Translations under genes and position numbers: made by a program
NCBI GenBank assembly: GCA_024137785.1
Contig: JAHRHZ010000222.1
Coordinates: 40,088,865 to 40,152,864 of the forward strand
Direction: 5' to 3'
DNA: 64,000 nt
Source of the DNA: Ginglymostoma cirratum
Lineage: Eukaryota
Notes under the pieces: model-generated
Seen by the model: the letters and a program-made list of their open reading frames with translations, nothing else
Told to the model about the DNA's origin: nothing
Databases searched by the model: none
Part shown: positions 1 to 12,519 of the stretch, in pieces
How the letters are laid out: every line of letters starts with the position of its first letter
Numbering within the stretch: the stretch's first letter is position 1

Positions 1-100
1 ATGCTGGCAAATGAGACTTGAATTATTTAGCATATCTGGTCAGCATGAACAAGTTGGACCAAAGGGTCTGTTTCAGTGCTATACGTCTCTAAGGCTGTAT
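1..100 (+). mobile_element. CR1 LINE 3' UTR/tail fragment, cut by the window edge
   Basis: Matches the 3' end of the CR1 copy at about 29770-29870 (atctggtcagca...gttggac...aagggtct...tttc..tgct). Confidence 0.8.
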
Positions 101-808
101 GTGGAGTGTTGAACAGGCTGTTGATGCGTGAGCATCTATTTGGTGCTACTGTAAGCTTCACATGCCAAACATCAAGTGAAATAGGACAACATTTCTGCGT
201 TCTTTTTGAAAGTATTAATATGAGTACATTATTGTCTAAGCTTTCAAATTGTGAAATATCAGGTATCATCTTTTGGGCAGGAGTTTGAATCCATGGATAG
301 CAAAGCATTAAATGAATTGACACTTTTGCCACAAAGGAAACTACTGACCATTATGTGTGTGAAAGGTTGTCTGTTTCATACCTTGTCAAACTGACGACTT
401 ATAATGAATGATATCTTACCACAGAAATTGCTTTTTAAAATAATATTCAGTTGTAATCATTATGTTTAATTTAGAAGGACTAGCCAATGTAAGTTATACA
501 GCAAAAGGAAGCCTATTAGCTGCACACACACCACTTTTAGAATATTAACATTTCATTACATTTTAGTTCAGCTTGACCCAGGCAGTAATTTTGGTTCTGT
601 TTTGGATAATGTAATGAAGGAATGTAATCTGTGGCAGTTTAGATGCAGCAACTGGCAATATAGGGAGGGACAAATTTGGGCATGTCACAATGAAGATGAT
701 CAGCTGACTCAATGCTTTAAATACATGAGTATTCATAGGAAAATCTAATTTATAACAATGAAGGGGTGGCAGCAGCAGCCTCTGAAGTTGCTTCTGCAAG
801 CAAATGCT

Positions 809-861
809 CTTGGTTGACTTGTCCTTGGTTGACTTGTCATTGGTCGACTTGTCCTTGGTTG
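809..861. repeat. Tandem repeat, 15-bp unit CTTGGTTGACTTGTC, about 3.5 copies
   Basis: Units at 809-823, 824-838 and 839-853, plus a partial unit at 854-861. Confidence 0.95.
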
Positions 862-864
862 CAG

Positions 865-1312
865 GTGATTACGTTACAGAGGGTGCAGAAAAGATGTATG
901 GGAATGGTTCTATTGATAAGGAGGTTCAGTTACATGGACAGGTTGGAGAAGCTGGCACTGTTCTCCTTGGAGAAGAGAACATTAACAAAAAATTCGAGAG
1001 AGGTATTCAAAATCATAAGGAATCTGGACGAAGTATTGAAGGAAAAGCAGTTCCTGTTGGTGAAAAGATTGAGAACAAGAAGACACTGGATACAATGGTT
1101 GGCAAAAGAAGTAACGGTGAGCTGAGGAAAACCTTTTTATGCAGAGAGTGGTTCAGGTCTGAAATTCACTGCTTGACAGTGTGACGGAGGCAGATTCAAT
1201 CAAGGCCTTCAGGAGACAATTGGAAAATTACCTAAAGAGAAAGAAAAGCTCATAGGCCCACAGGAAAAGGTAGACAACTGAAGCTAGGTGAGTTGTTCTT
1301 GCAGTGAGCCAA
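865..1312 (+). mobile_element. Degenerate CR1 LINE 3' fragment (end of ORF2 and 3' UTR)
   Basis: ORF 766-1125 reads LQRVQKR...FSYMDRLEKLALFSLEKR, the typical CR1 ORF2 C-terminus. Confidence 0.85.
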
Positions 1313-1645
1313 CTCTGGGGACACAGCTTCAAGTTTCACCATGCTAGTTGGTGGAACTTAAATTTAATTCATAAAATCAGGAATTGAAAACCAATTTCAA
1401 TTGTCGTGGCCATGAAACAATCAGCAATTATCATAAAAACAAATCTGGTTTACTAATCCTCTCTGGGAAAGGAAACCAACCATCCTTACTTAGTCTTGCC
1501 TCAATGTGATTCCAGATCCACAGTAATGGGGTTGACTCATAGCTGCTTCTGAAATGACCTAGTAAGCCACTCAGTTCATGGGCAATCAGGGATTGGCAAC
1601 AAATGCTTGTCATCCCAGTAATGCCCACATCTCTCAATAGAGGTT
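1313..1645 (+). mobile_element. tRNA-headed SINE family A, copy 1 (head eroded)
   Basis: Shares body (aaaac..atctggtt.actaat...ggaagga...ccttac...tccaga.ccacag) and tail (gggcaatcagggattggcaacaaatgct) with the copies at 4025, 7283 and 21288. Confidence 0.8.
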
Positions 1646-3704
1646 TTTAAAAATATATGATTCCAAGGTGGATAGTGGAAACGTGGGGTTGAGCTTTAAG
1701 GAACTCCAGAGATGTTATCAAGGAGTGAAAAATTTATGAAAAGTTTACATTTTATCTGTGAACTTGTTTGCTTGCCTGTATTAATCAAGCTCACTGGCAA
1801 ACACAAACTTAGGTTGCTGCACTTAGTGTCCAGAATTTATAATTACATGTAGACATCATCAGTTATTTTGATATTAATTATCAATTAAGCTACTGATGGT
1901 TGACTTGCCAGCATTATGTGACATGTAATATTAAAAGAAAACACCTTGTATATGGCCAATGACTGTTGTAACAGGTAAGATCAGATGGGTTTAAAATGGC
2001 TTTGATATTAAAATTCCCACAATAAGTGCAAGAGAGTTTGGAAAGGTGTTAAATATTAATAATTGGGGAGTGCATCGCCAAATGCCGTTTTTCAATGGTG
2101 TGTTGTGTAGTGCGCATGTATCTCTGCTTGGAGAGACACTATTACCACATTTAAATCAGGCTTTCACAGTAGTTTGAAGCCTGACGTAGATTGTGGTGAT
2201 TGCTGGCGTGCTGATTTCTCAGGGCTCAGGAAACCTAACAGAGAAATAATAGCCACCATCTCCGACAGGTTAGGGCAGCTTAGAGCCGCTGGACCAGGAG
2301 GAGTAAGAGAGTGCTCCCCTGGCTGATCAAAGAAGCCTTGGAAGTTCCCTTTTCCCTAATCTAGCTTCTCCTTGCTGTCATGATTAGCAATGCCCCACTG
2401 CCTAACCAGTCCCCAGTACCACCCTCCTAGTTGCTGAGCTGGGTTTCTGCAGCCCAATACCCCTGCCCACCACCCCCATCTCTGGTTGCCAGGCACTGCC
2501 CGCATTTACTCCCAACTGCACCCTTCTTTTGTGCACTTGTCCAGCTGGCAGCCAGCCACGCTGTTAATCTGGCTGGTTTACAGGCAGGAAACAGAAGAAG
2601 AAAATTGTAATGATTATCCGCAGGACCTTCTCATCTCTACACTTTCCAGTTTCTAGTATTCCTGGCTATGGTGCTCCCCCACTCCTTTCCTGAGTCCCTA
2701 AATATATGAATGGGATTGCTCATTAAACCACTGCATATTTGACTGCATTTCAAAACTGATTATTCATTGTATTCTGGAAGGGAATGTTTTGACCCACTCA
2801 GGTTTAATACGTAATATATATGATTCAATACTGCACTAACCAAGACATTTACCTTCTTAGCTGTATGAGAAGTTTCTACATATCTTAAGCAACACCTCAT
2901 CTAGTCATTTATTTCACTGCTGATCGGTAACCATTCTGGTTACAAAGTGGCTACCATATTTTCTATTCTCCATAGCCTGTCAGATTTTAATACCAGATTT
3001 TATTGGTTGCAAAGTGCTTTGGTTGGAAAAGTTACAATGTGAACGTATGTTCCTTTTTATGTCTACACTACAGATAGAAGCACAAAGTTCTCTGCTGTGG
3101 TGGGAGATGAGGAAATAATTATTAGTATCAAATTAACTCAAGGTCTTTTATTCCAGAGTTGAACCTCTGTATTTGTGCAGCATAATCACTATTCAACACC
3201 TTTATCCATTTTCTTGTTTACACTCTGATAAGTATGCATCCCCATTTGAAATGTTTTCTTAGAATATTTGAAATTCTGAATACTGCATGCATTTTCCCTT
3301 CAATTTTATTGTCAAATATATGTTCATTGTACAGTCAATCTACTGGTAATGTAATGCAATGAATCTCAATCATCTCCCTTGAGTTACCAATGGAACAGTT
3401 CATACAAAAAGAGGAATAGTTTAGATTCAAGATATGGAACATTTGAATATTAGATTTTAATGAGGATCCATTAACTATCAGATTTTAAAAAAAGGCTGTT
3501 AGGTTAGGGATTTACTTACTTATAAATATTTTATTAATGCTACATTATTTATTATTAAATGTGCTTAAATTACTAGCAGTGATTAAGACTTTCTTTGTGT
3601 CTAAGTGAAGCAATGAAATCACAAATCTAATGTCTCATGTTGAGCAAATATTTTCCCATACAGCAATAAAAGCAAATTTGCCAAGCAAGGCATTCTTTGT
3701 AGGA

Positions 3705-4830
3705 TCATAGAATATTAGAACAGTTACAGCACAGGAGGCTACCATTCTCACCATTGAGTCTGTGCCAGCTATCTGCAAGAGCAATTCAACTCAGCTCAAT
3801 CCCCCAAATGTCCCCTGCCATCCTGCAAATTGTCTCCTTCAAGCATTTATGATTTTAAAAGCTATATTGTTGCTGCTTCCACCATTCTTTCAGGCAATGC
3901 ATTCTAAATTACAAGTACTCACTGCATAAAAAGATTTTCCTTCATGCCGTCTTTAGCTTTTCTTACCAATCTCCTTGCATCTGTAACCCTCCTGCCCATC
4001 CCAACAGTATCTCGCTAAGAATAACATAGAAGTAATGATACTGGACTAGCAACCTAGAGCTCTGGACTAATGCTCTCAACACCATGGCAGCTGATAGAAT
4101 TTATGTTCAAGATTTTAACTTAAAAAACTGGGATGAAATGATAGTCACCATGAATCTATTAGGTACTCAGTTGAAGGCCATCTGGCTTATTAATGTCCTT
4201 TAGAGGAAGAAGTCTGCCGTCCTTACCTGGTCTGGCCTATGCGTGACTTCAGATCCGCATCAATGTAGTTGAGTATTAACTGCCATCTGAAATTACCTAG
4301 CTGCACAGTTGTTGTAGCTCGTTACCACATGCTCAAGGCCATTTAGAGATAGGGATGTTTGTATCCCAAGACTAAGTAAGAGTGCCTACTTTGTGATCCC
4401 TCAGGATTTGGAATGCTCTTATCAAATTTCCTCTCAACCATCTCTGCTCTAAGGACAACCATGTAACTAATGTGCCTCATTCTTAAAAGTTCTAGTAATT
4501 CTTTTCTGCACCTTTTTCTCTAAAGTCTTGATATCCTTCCAAAGTTTGCTTCCCAGAATTATGCACAATATTCCTGTTGTGGCCAAGCCTTTGTTTTGTA
4601 GAATGACTGCACTCTCTTATTCCAGGAACCCCTATGCATCTTTAAACCATTTCCTCAACCTGCCTTACCACTTTCAACAGTGTATGTACACATACCTTCA
4701 GGTGTCTCTGTCCTTTATCTCCTTTTGGAATTGTATCCTTTAGTTTATATTGCTTTCCATTGTTCTTTCTACTGAAATGTATTACAGTAAATTTAATCTG
4801 TCACGTTACTGCAAATTCCTTTCACTGTTC
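3705..4830 (-). mobile_element. Old CR1 LINE 3' fragment interrupted by SINE A copy 2
   Basis: Antisense CR1 tail (catagaat...ttacagcacaggagg.accatt) and antisense ORF2 end (atatccttcc...cccagaattatgcacaatattcc). Confidence 0.7.
4025..4380 (+). mobile_element. tRNA-headed SINE family A, copy 2
   Basis: Body tctgccgtccttacctggtctggcctatgcgtgact is shared with the other copies; tail tcaaggccatttagagatagg. Confidence 0.8.
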
Positions 4831-7282
4831 ATGACGTTTTAAAGTTTTGTGTGTCAGCTTCAAATTTGCTTTTCAAATATGCAGATCCACATGAAAAACA
4901 ACCATTCACCACTATTTCAAGGTTCAAATAAGCGATTTTATAAAACTGATAACACTGATCAGTGTGGATTTGGCCCAAGGCCCCTAGAAAGTGCCCCTGC
5001 TTTACTTATCCTGACATATGGTGAAATAGATTATGCATAGCCATAGTGTAATTGTGGTCTTTCTAATACTTAGTCTTTATTTAATAACATAAGTGTCATT
5101 TAAGAAGTGCTTAATATTTACAATGATGGTTGCTTTAAGAGCATGAGACTACCCATTGCATCAAATTTAGTCTCAGTTCTCAACTTACATCTTATGAAAC
5201 TCAACTAAGATTGAATATTCCAGTGACAAAGGAGTTATAACCATGAAATAAATAGCAACTTGCAAATATATATATTTAAAATACTTGTTAGAAATCTGAT
5301 TTAAATGTTAAACTGGAGAAACTTGTTCATATGGTTCTATTTCTTGAGGCACAAGGCAGACTTGCCCCAATTTATTGGGGCAAAGAGCACCATATGTAAT
5401 TATCTGCGCATCATGCTTAAAAATATCAATGAGGAATGCTGTGCAGGTCATGCAAGCAGCTGTCTGCAGCCCTACCTGCCCTTGGGGGTTTAAAGTGGGA
5501 GTGCCTAACATCGCTAGAAGCATGCTACACACATATCTTCCTTTCCTAATGGTCTGGCATCCTTGTGGTCTTCCATTTTCCCTTTCCAATTTAAATTTTA
5601 ATTTAACTCTTAAAAAAATCAAACCTAGTCCATTTGATTTAATCTGATCTTTGTTGGTCTTCTAGGAACAAATTTTATTTCATTGTTTTTCCCTGCTTCT
5701 ACCTCTTACATGTACGTTGGGATCAATTTATAAGAACCTAATATTTGATTTGGAACAATACATGTGCCAAATGAAAGTCAAAACTCTGAATGTGAACACA
5801 TTTACGTTCAAGACATAAACATATCAATCTTTGATACTAAAACTATTCTAATCAAGAGTTCATTTATTGGCCCAGATTTTATGATTGGTGGGAAAGTGAC
5901 AGTGATTGCCACTGACCTCGAAGAAAACTGATCACCAAGGTATATTGTTCTTTGTCTTGCCGCAGTTGAAGAACATCTCTAATGCCCAGCAGCAATGATA
6001 TCACTGGGCAAGCCAAGCAGCCAATCAAAGGGAAGTATTCTGGTAGACGGCAAACAAGGCTATAACATGCAGTGAGTTTCTCACTTGCAATGAAAGTATA
6101 CCAGCATGCAATAAATGATTTGGATATATAAATTGGATCATCATGGGATACACGTGGTTGGACCTGGAATGTCATTTTAAAAAAGTATTTAAAATAGTTT
6201 AATATGTGAATTGTTTTGAACATAATGGAGAACTTCGACATTCCACAGATCTAAAATTAGTAAAGGAAAATTTTCGTTCGCAGTGCACTGTTAAAATCTC
6301 AGTTACATCGCGTTCAAGAGTGTGCAACTTTTCCAAACTTTTTTTGTACAGCTAGATGAACAGTGAAAGGACAGATTTTTTTTGTCAGTTTGATGATTTC
6401 TAATTGATTGCAGCCTTTGGGGGAGGGGTGGGGGTGGACTTCAAAATCGCACCCAATGGAGAACATTGAATCACTGTTTTGACTTTGGAATTTCCTGAAC
6501 ACATGTGGTCTTAACAAGTTGCTGTCAGTTTCAAAGGAGTAGTGTCAGTAAAACTGCCAGTTTAGCCATCGCGCCTTTTGCAAAACCTAGGCCACTACCT
6601 GCTCCTCAATCCTAATTGTAGACAAATGTCCGTATCCACAGCATAGCCATGGATTAATTGCTTATCTATATTTTCAGATTGACAGGTTGTTGGCTAAAGC
6701 AGTAACTAAGGGCAATTGTTAGTCAGCTTTAACCAGAAAAAGTACTGGTGTGGTCTCTAATGTCACTAAATTGCATTGGGCAGTATAAGGTTAGTTGCAG
6801 GAAACTGTGATTTTCTCTGATATTTATTGCAAGAAATGTATAAGACTTAAATCTTACCATTTCAGCTGCACCTGGCACGACCCAAAGTTGCCAAGTTTGA
6901 GTAACTTAAGATTTCTGTATACTGAGCGATGAATGGGATATAATTTTTGATGATTAGCCATTTGATTAGAAGGTACATGGTAACATTGAATATTTTTCAT
7001 ATGTTTGTTAATCTAACCTAGAGCATCTTATTCCTGATGATATGGTTACAGAGGATTACACCTTCGGTGTTGCTCTAGTGGCACAGTTGAATCAATTTTA
7101 CTTGGCAAACCAGCAGATGGGTCTTGACATACTCCCTGGAGTGTAGGTAAATTGTGCAATCTTGGTGTCTGCAGAATGAAAAGGTGAGTATATATTGTTT
7201 TATACCTAGTATTCTGGAGAAGAGGACATTGACTCGGCTATTGCCCCCATAATATAAAATACTATAGGACATTATGTAATTG

Positions 7283-7664
7283 GAGAGCTGGTGGCAAATG
7301 ATATTATTGCTAGGATATTAAACTGGAAACTCAGCTAATGTTCTGGGGACCTGGCTTTGAATAATGCCATGGCAGTTGGTGGAATTTGAATTCAATGAGA
7401 CAAAATATCTGGAATTAAGAAATTACTGATGACTGTGAAACCATTGCCGATTGTTGGAAAAAAAAAACATCTGGCTCACTAATATCTTCAAGGGAAGGAA
7501 ATCTGTCATCCTCATCTGGTCTGGTCGACGTGTGGCTCCAGACCCATAGCAATGGATTGATGCTCACTGTCCTCCTAAATGACCTAGCAAGCCATCAGTT
7601 CAAGGGCAGCCAGAGATGGGCAATAAATGCTCGCCAGCAATGCCCACGTCCCACAAGTGAATAA
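7283..7664 (+). mobile_element. tRNA-headed SINE family A, copy 3 (near full length)
   Basis: Head with a degenerate B box, shared body, tail caagggcagccagagatgggcaataaatgctcgccagcaatgcccacgtccc. Confidence 0.85.
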
Positions 7665-7705
7665 TTACAAAAATGCAAATTTCAGTTAGATTATTAAATC
7701 TAATT

Positions 7706-8000
7706 GAGCAGCACAATGGCACAGTGGTTACAACTGCTGCCTCACAGCGCCAGGAACCCAGGTTTGATTCTAGTCTTGCATGACTGTTTGTGTGGAGTGC
7801 CTGCGTTCTCCCCGTGTCTGCGTAGGTTTCAGCTGGTTGCTATGGTTTCCTCCCTCAGTCCAAAGCTGTGCAGGTTAGGTGGATTGGCCATGCTAAATTG
7901 TCCCGTTGTGACCAGGGATGTGCAGGCTTGGCCATAGGGAATGTAGGTTTAAGGGGGTGGGGTGGGTATGATGGGATGCTCTTTGTAGGGTCAGCGCAGC
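7706..8000 (+). mobile_element. HE1-type (V-SINE) tRNA-derived SINE
   Basis: A box tggcacagtggtta, B box ggtttgattc, V-domain tgtgtggagtg.ctgcgttctccccgtgtctgcgtaggttt, then gcaggttaggtggattggccatgctaaattg. Confidence 0.85.
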
Positions 8001-9446
8001 CTCAAAAAGGAATATTTTCTTTCAAATACTTTGTCACTAATAATTGCAGTTTTCTTTACTATATTTCTGATTTGTTAAACTTTTTTTTCCCCACTGTACA
8101 ATGGATTCTCAGAACTAGCTACTCACTGATATGAAAGTGTGGGCATGGCCAACAATCTAGATTACCACATTGTCTCTGTGGAGAAACAACTTCATCTTTT
8201 CAAGCACCTCCTTCAAGATAAACCCCAAATCAGAATCTAATCAAATCAATAATCTCAGGTAAAATGTATATTCTGCAGCAAATCCTATTTGATTGCGTTT
8301 ATGGAAACCATTTTCTATCCTGACCTAATTATTGTAATTATTCAACAGTATAATACGATCCTGTCAATTCAAGAAAATGCATTGCAGTATTTTATCTATT
8401 TTTAATAATTTTATTTCATCACAAGCAAACAAACTTTGCTCTTAGCTCAAAAATCTAAATTACATTCAGTGTTGTATTTGCCTAAGTAATTGTAGAAAAT
8501 GACCATGAATTCAGAAACATACAAAAACATTAGACAAGTTGCAGTTATAATTGCAACATTGTAATGACTCAAAGATTTTAATGATACTGTTAATTATAAT
8601 GCGTTAGAATGATTCAGTAAAGTATATAGCTCTGTAACACCACTAATTGTAGTTTTTTCAGTTTGTAAGCCTGAAATAATACAATGATGCATAGATAAAA
8701 GTTACTTCTTTCTTTGCAAAATTTCATAGTGCCTATAAATTAGAGCATATCTTTAAGACCATTTAAAAATTTAAGAAAATCTATTTTAAGCAATGAAAAC
8801 TTTTTAGTCTTTGAGTGTGTTGAAATCAATATTATTTCAAATTGCATCCTTTTTCTATGCGGAAGAGAATTGGACAATTTTTTTTCATATGTTATACGTG
8901 GGACTAAATAAGGTAAATCTGATTGTGCTTCATTTGATGAAAAACAGAACTTCCCCATCTTCAAGAATAAAAAGTTACTGATTCTAATTTGAAACAAAAT
9001 TAGAAAATACATAGGAAGAAATGTTTGAAGAAGAAAACATTTTTTCCATATAACTATTAACATGATGTTGCGTTTTTAGAATGATTTAATCTGTAGTGGA
9101 GAGGAGAGTAGGAGGGCCTTTTGATTGATTAAAAATAAATTGATTTTGATTTACCTTTTTAATAGAAAATCTCTGTTGAAGGAACAGAATACCAATATAT
9201 CTAAAGACAGAACTAACAAGCTTGAATTTAACCTTAATAATATCGGTTTAATACAAGTAGTTTCTTGTTTACATATAGATGAACAGCGTTGAAGGAGATA
9301 ATGTTGCTACTCAATAGTATCAATTTCAGTATACATGATATGTTTTATGCAATTGAACCTAGCACATAATTATGCAAAGTTTAGGTGTTGCAGCAATGTA
9401 AAATATTTGACTCATGGACATTGTGATTCCAAGTGCATCTTCTTAC

Positions 9447-9464
9447 CTGTGGTCTTGTTATCTC
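9447..9464 (-). other. Candidate 18-nt microexon GAGATAACAAGACCACAG of an unidentified minus-strand gene
   Basis: Acceptor gatttttgcctctcccag and donor CAG|gtaaga; length divisible by 3; open in phase 0 (EITRPQ) and phase 1 (xDNKTTx). Confidence 0.35.
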
Positions 9465-10344
9465 CTGGGAGAGGCAAAAATCCATGTTAACAAACTACTG
9501 TGACAAATACAGAAATTAAAAAAAACACACATTGGGAATCCCTGTTTAACACCGTCCCCACCCTCAACCACCCACCAACCAGAAGACAATCCATAGGAAT
9601 TCTTGGGATCAAATTAAACATGAAACATGTATTCAACATGCAGTCTTATTAGCCACAGATATGAACATGTCCAGCTATTTTTGCATTGTTCCATTGAATC
9701 CACACTTGCCATATGAGGTAGTAACTTCTCCCAAGTGTAAAAAACTTCTTTATATTAAACCTAAACTAATTCTTATAAAAGTGCACATGACCACTCATTT
9801 TCCTTAAACTATCTTGTACAATTGTCAGTCCACAGTCTAGGCCACTTAATGTTTTAAACAAGTCAATTAATTATTCCAAAAGGTTACACTTTCCTAATTT
9901 ACATTGACCCAGTTATCAAAACTATTGCTATAGTTAGAGATGTTTAAACTAGGAATCATTCTGGTGATTCACCTTTAAACCTTAACTGTGTGATGGCGCC
10001 AGCCAGAACAAAGTATTCCAGATGAGGCCTAATAAATATCTTGTACAATGTTACTATAGTTCCTTCAGGTTCATACTAAATTGTTAAATAGTGCACTGTG
10101 AGGTAGTTCATTCTAGTGCTCTGCATACCTCTGCAGTAGCACTGCTCATCCACCTCCTGACACACATGTAGTGATGTGCCATGGTTCCTTTCTTAATCAA
10201 CAGACTTCAATTCTGTACTAAACATGGCACACACATCATTTATGTTAGATCAACAGCATGTAAATACAACATTTATCCATATTAAGTGATGTATGTTAGA
10301 TGCAGATTCATTTTCTTCCGTTACACTTGGATTGGATTGTGATA

Positions 10345-10440
10345 TTTTTCTACATTCCAACAGTAATTACACTTCAAAAGTACTTAATTTGTTCTAAGAC
10401 ACTGGGAGGACTTGAGTTGATGAAAAGTTGTATTTAAGGT
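10345..10440 (+). mobile_element. Deu-domain SINE 3' tail fragment
   Basis: ctacattccaacagtaattacacttcaaaagtacttaattt resembles the SacSINE1/AmnSINE-type tail as I recall it. Confidence 0.55.
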
Positions 10441-12068
10441 CCCTAACACCAACACAAATTTCCTTCTCATCTGCTAACCTCTAACATCCAGAACTTTCAT
10501 AGAGATCATTAAGGTTGATTATTAAAACTTTAATGGTCAAGTAGTATCATGTATTCAGCTTTGACTGTCATGAAAGTGAACGTAGTATACTTTAAAAATA
10601 GTTTTTAAAGGGTTTATTTTAATCTGTTCAGTAACGAAAACAAAGCTAGGACCGTATAAAGTAGAGGAACTATCTTTCACTTGCCAGTTTTTCTGTTAAA
10701 CACAGTGAAGAGGAAAATATAGAGTATGTTTCTAATTTTTAAAGCAAAGTTGACAGGAATGTTAGCTATTCACTGACTTGAATTCTACCAACCAGTGAAC
10801 AGAGATCTACACATACACTTAAAGACAGATATGTATCTACATTTTACCTAATTTGGGAATATTGCAAATCGGCAATATTGTGACTGTTACCTTGGATAGA
10901 TCATACAATTATGGCAGTTTAGAGCCAATAGTTGGGATAACTGCATCTGCAATATATCAGGTGATAAAATATGATGACTGAATGAGTGCTGCTTAGCTCC
11001 GGAGTATTAATCTTATGCTGCTTGCCCTTTTAAATAGAGTCAAGCTCTTGAAAATAGGAGGACTGGAGGTCATGAGAATAATCATAATGTGACAGTTGTG
11101 TGTGAAGTCTACTTAACAGTTTCATTATTTAAACAAGAATGACGTAATAGGGGCTGACTTTACATGAGAACTGTATGTCCAAGGTGACATTGTTTTCCCG
11201 TTGCAGGAAGAATAGATGTCAGTGGCAACCTACACACCCTAATTACATGAGTACAGGGTGTTCTGAACAGAAGAATAAGATTTAAGATTTCAGTGAAGCT
11301 AAAATAAAATGTATATTTGTTTGAAGGGACCATTTACTACAAGTACTTGGATGCTAGTTAAATATCAAATTCTTACAAAGAACAGTTTGGACAATGAAAA
11401 TAATCTGCCAAAAATATTGTGAAATAATACAGCAGTGCCTGCTGGAAAATAATTGCAGGATTCTGGCTGCTCCAAAACATTTCAATATGACAACATATTT
11501 TTATGTAAGGTGACTATCTTAAGATCAGCTGCAGCTTCAAAATGAAGTGAAATACCGTACAATATTGTTGTGAGTTAGAAAACAAAAAGTACAGATAGTA
11601 TACAAGTGAAATACTGTATGTAAACTTTGCATGTTTACTGAATTTTATTTATGTGTTACTTGTAAATAAAAAAAAGTTCCTCATATTTAATCTTGCGTAT
11701 TCAATAGACAACAGCATTTTTTGACACATTTGAAACTCAGTTCTTTTCTCTGCTTTCTGCATCATAATGATGCGCCAATTCAATGATTCCATGAAGAGAG
11801 CTGCATGTATAAGTTCTTCAAATAAATCCCTAAGATTTCTAAACAGCAAAGATGTTCAGGAAAAAAAAACTAAGCGTGATCTATACCTTTCTAATCTTAT
11901 ATGCACATATATAATCCATATAACAAAACTTTTATTCAGCAGTTTTTGGACTGCTAAGGTATACAGTGAATAACATGAATAACAATTTCTTAATAAAGAT
12001 GTAAGCATTTGACTGGCAACGGCAATTGTAATGAAAAATCCACCTGCACCTGTAACAGGCTGTAATTG

Positions 12069-12101
12069 ATGCAGTGCCCAAAATATGCCACTAGATGTCT
12101 C
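12069..12101 (+). promoter_or_regulatory. Candidate CTCF site with upstream module
   Basis: ATGCAGTGCC-N6-ATGCCACTAGATGTCTC: core CCACTAGATG plus a correctly spaced TGCAG upstream motif. Confidence 0.55.
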
Positions 12102-12519
12102 TGGAATATAATTTTAACTAAATGAACAAATGACACCCAAAGGGTAAAAAGAGCCTTCTTTGATAATTTTAACACCAAATCAAATTTCCCAATTTGTAGC
12201 ATTAATTGTTTTTGCCGAAATTATGGAAAAAAAAGATTTAGACTCCCTAAGTGGGAAACTTGCTTCAAGGGGTTTTCTTTTATATTTTAATTATTACAGT
12301 TAAAACAGAGGAAGGATTGTTAAGATCAAATAGCACCAATAATTTATCTTGGCACCTAAGGCCTGATCTTGAGAGAACACCACTTACTTTCTTTCAAACA
12401 AGCAAAATGGTATGACTTTAAACATAAATGGAAATCTTGTGCCTGCAAATAGGATGGAACAGGTACTAAAAATTTATATAAACAAATTAAGGTTTTTTTT
12501 CTGTGTATTGTCATTGTCC

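Noticed and set aside
6419-6438. G-run cluster (possible G-quadruplex)
   Set aside because: Isolated, the fourth run is short, and there is no functional context
6858-6945. Minus-strand frame IHRSVYRNLKLLKLGNFG ending at a TG|gtaaga donor, superficially kinase-like
   Set aside because: HRD-to-DFG spacing and residues are wrong, there is no good acceptor, and no other kinase exons are visible
7022-7183. Plus-strand exon-like segment ending AAG|gtgagt
   Set aside because: All three frames contain stops and no recognisable peptide results
11649-11849. 66-aa minus-strand ORF following a plausible acceptor
   Set aside because: No canonical donor and no recognisable homology
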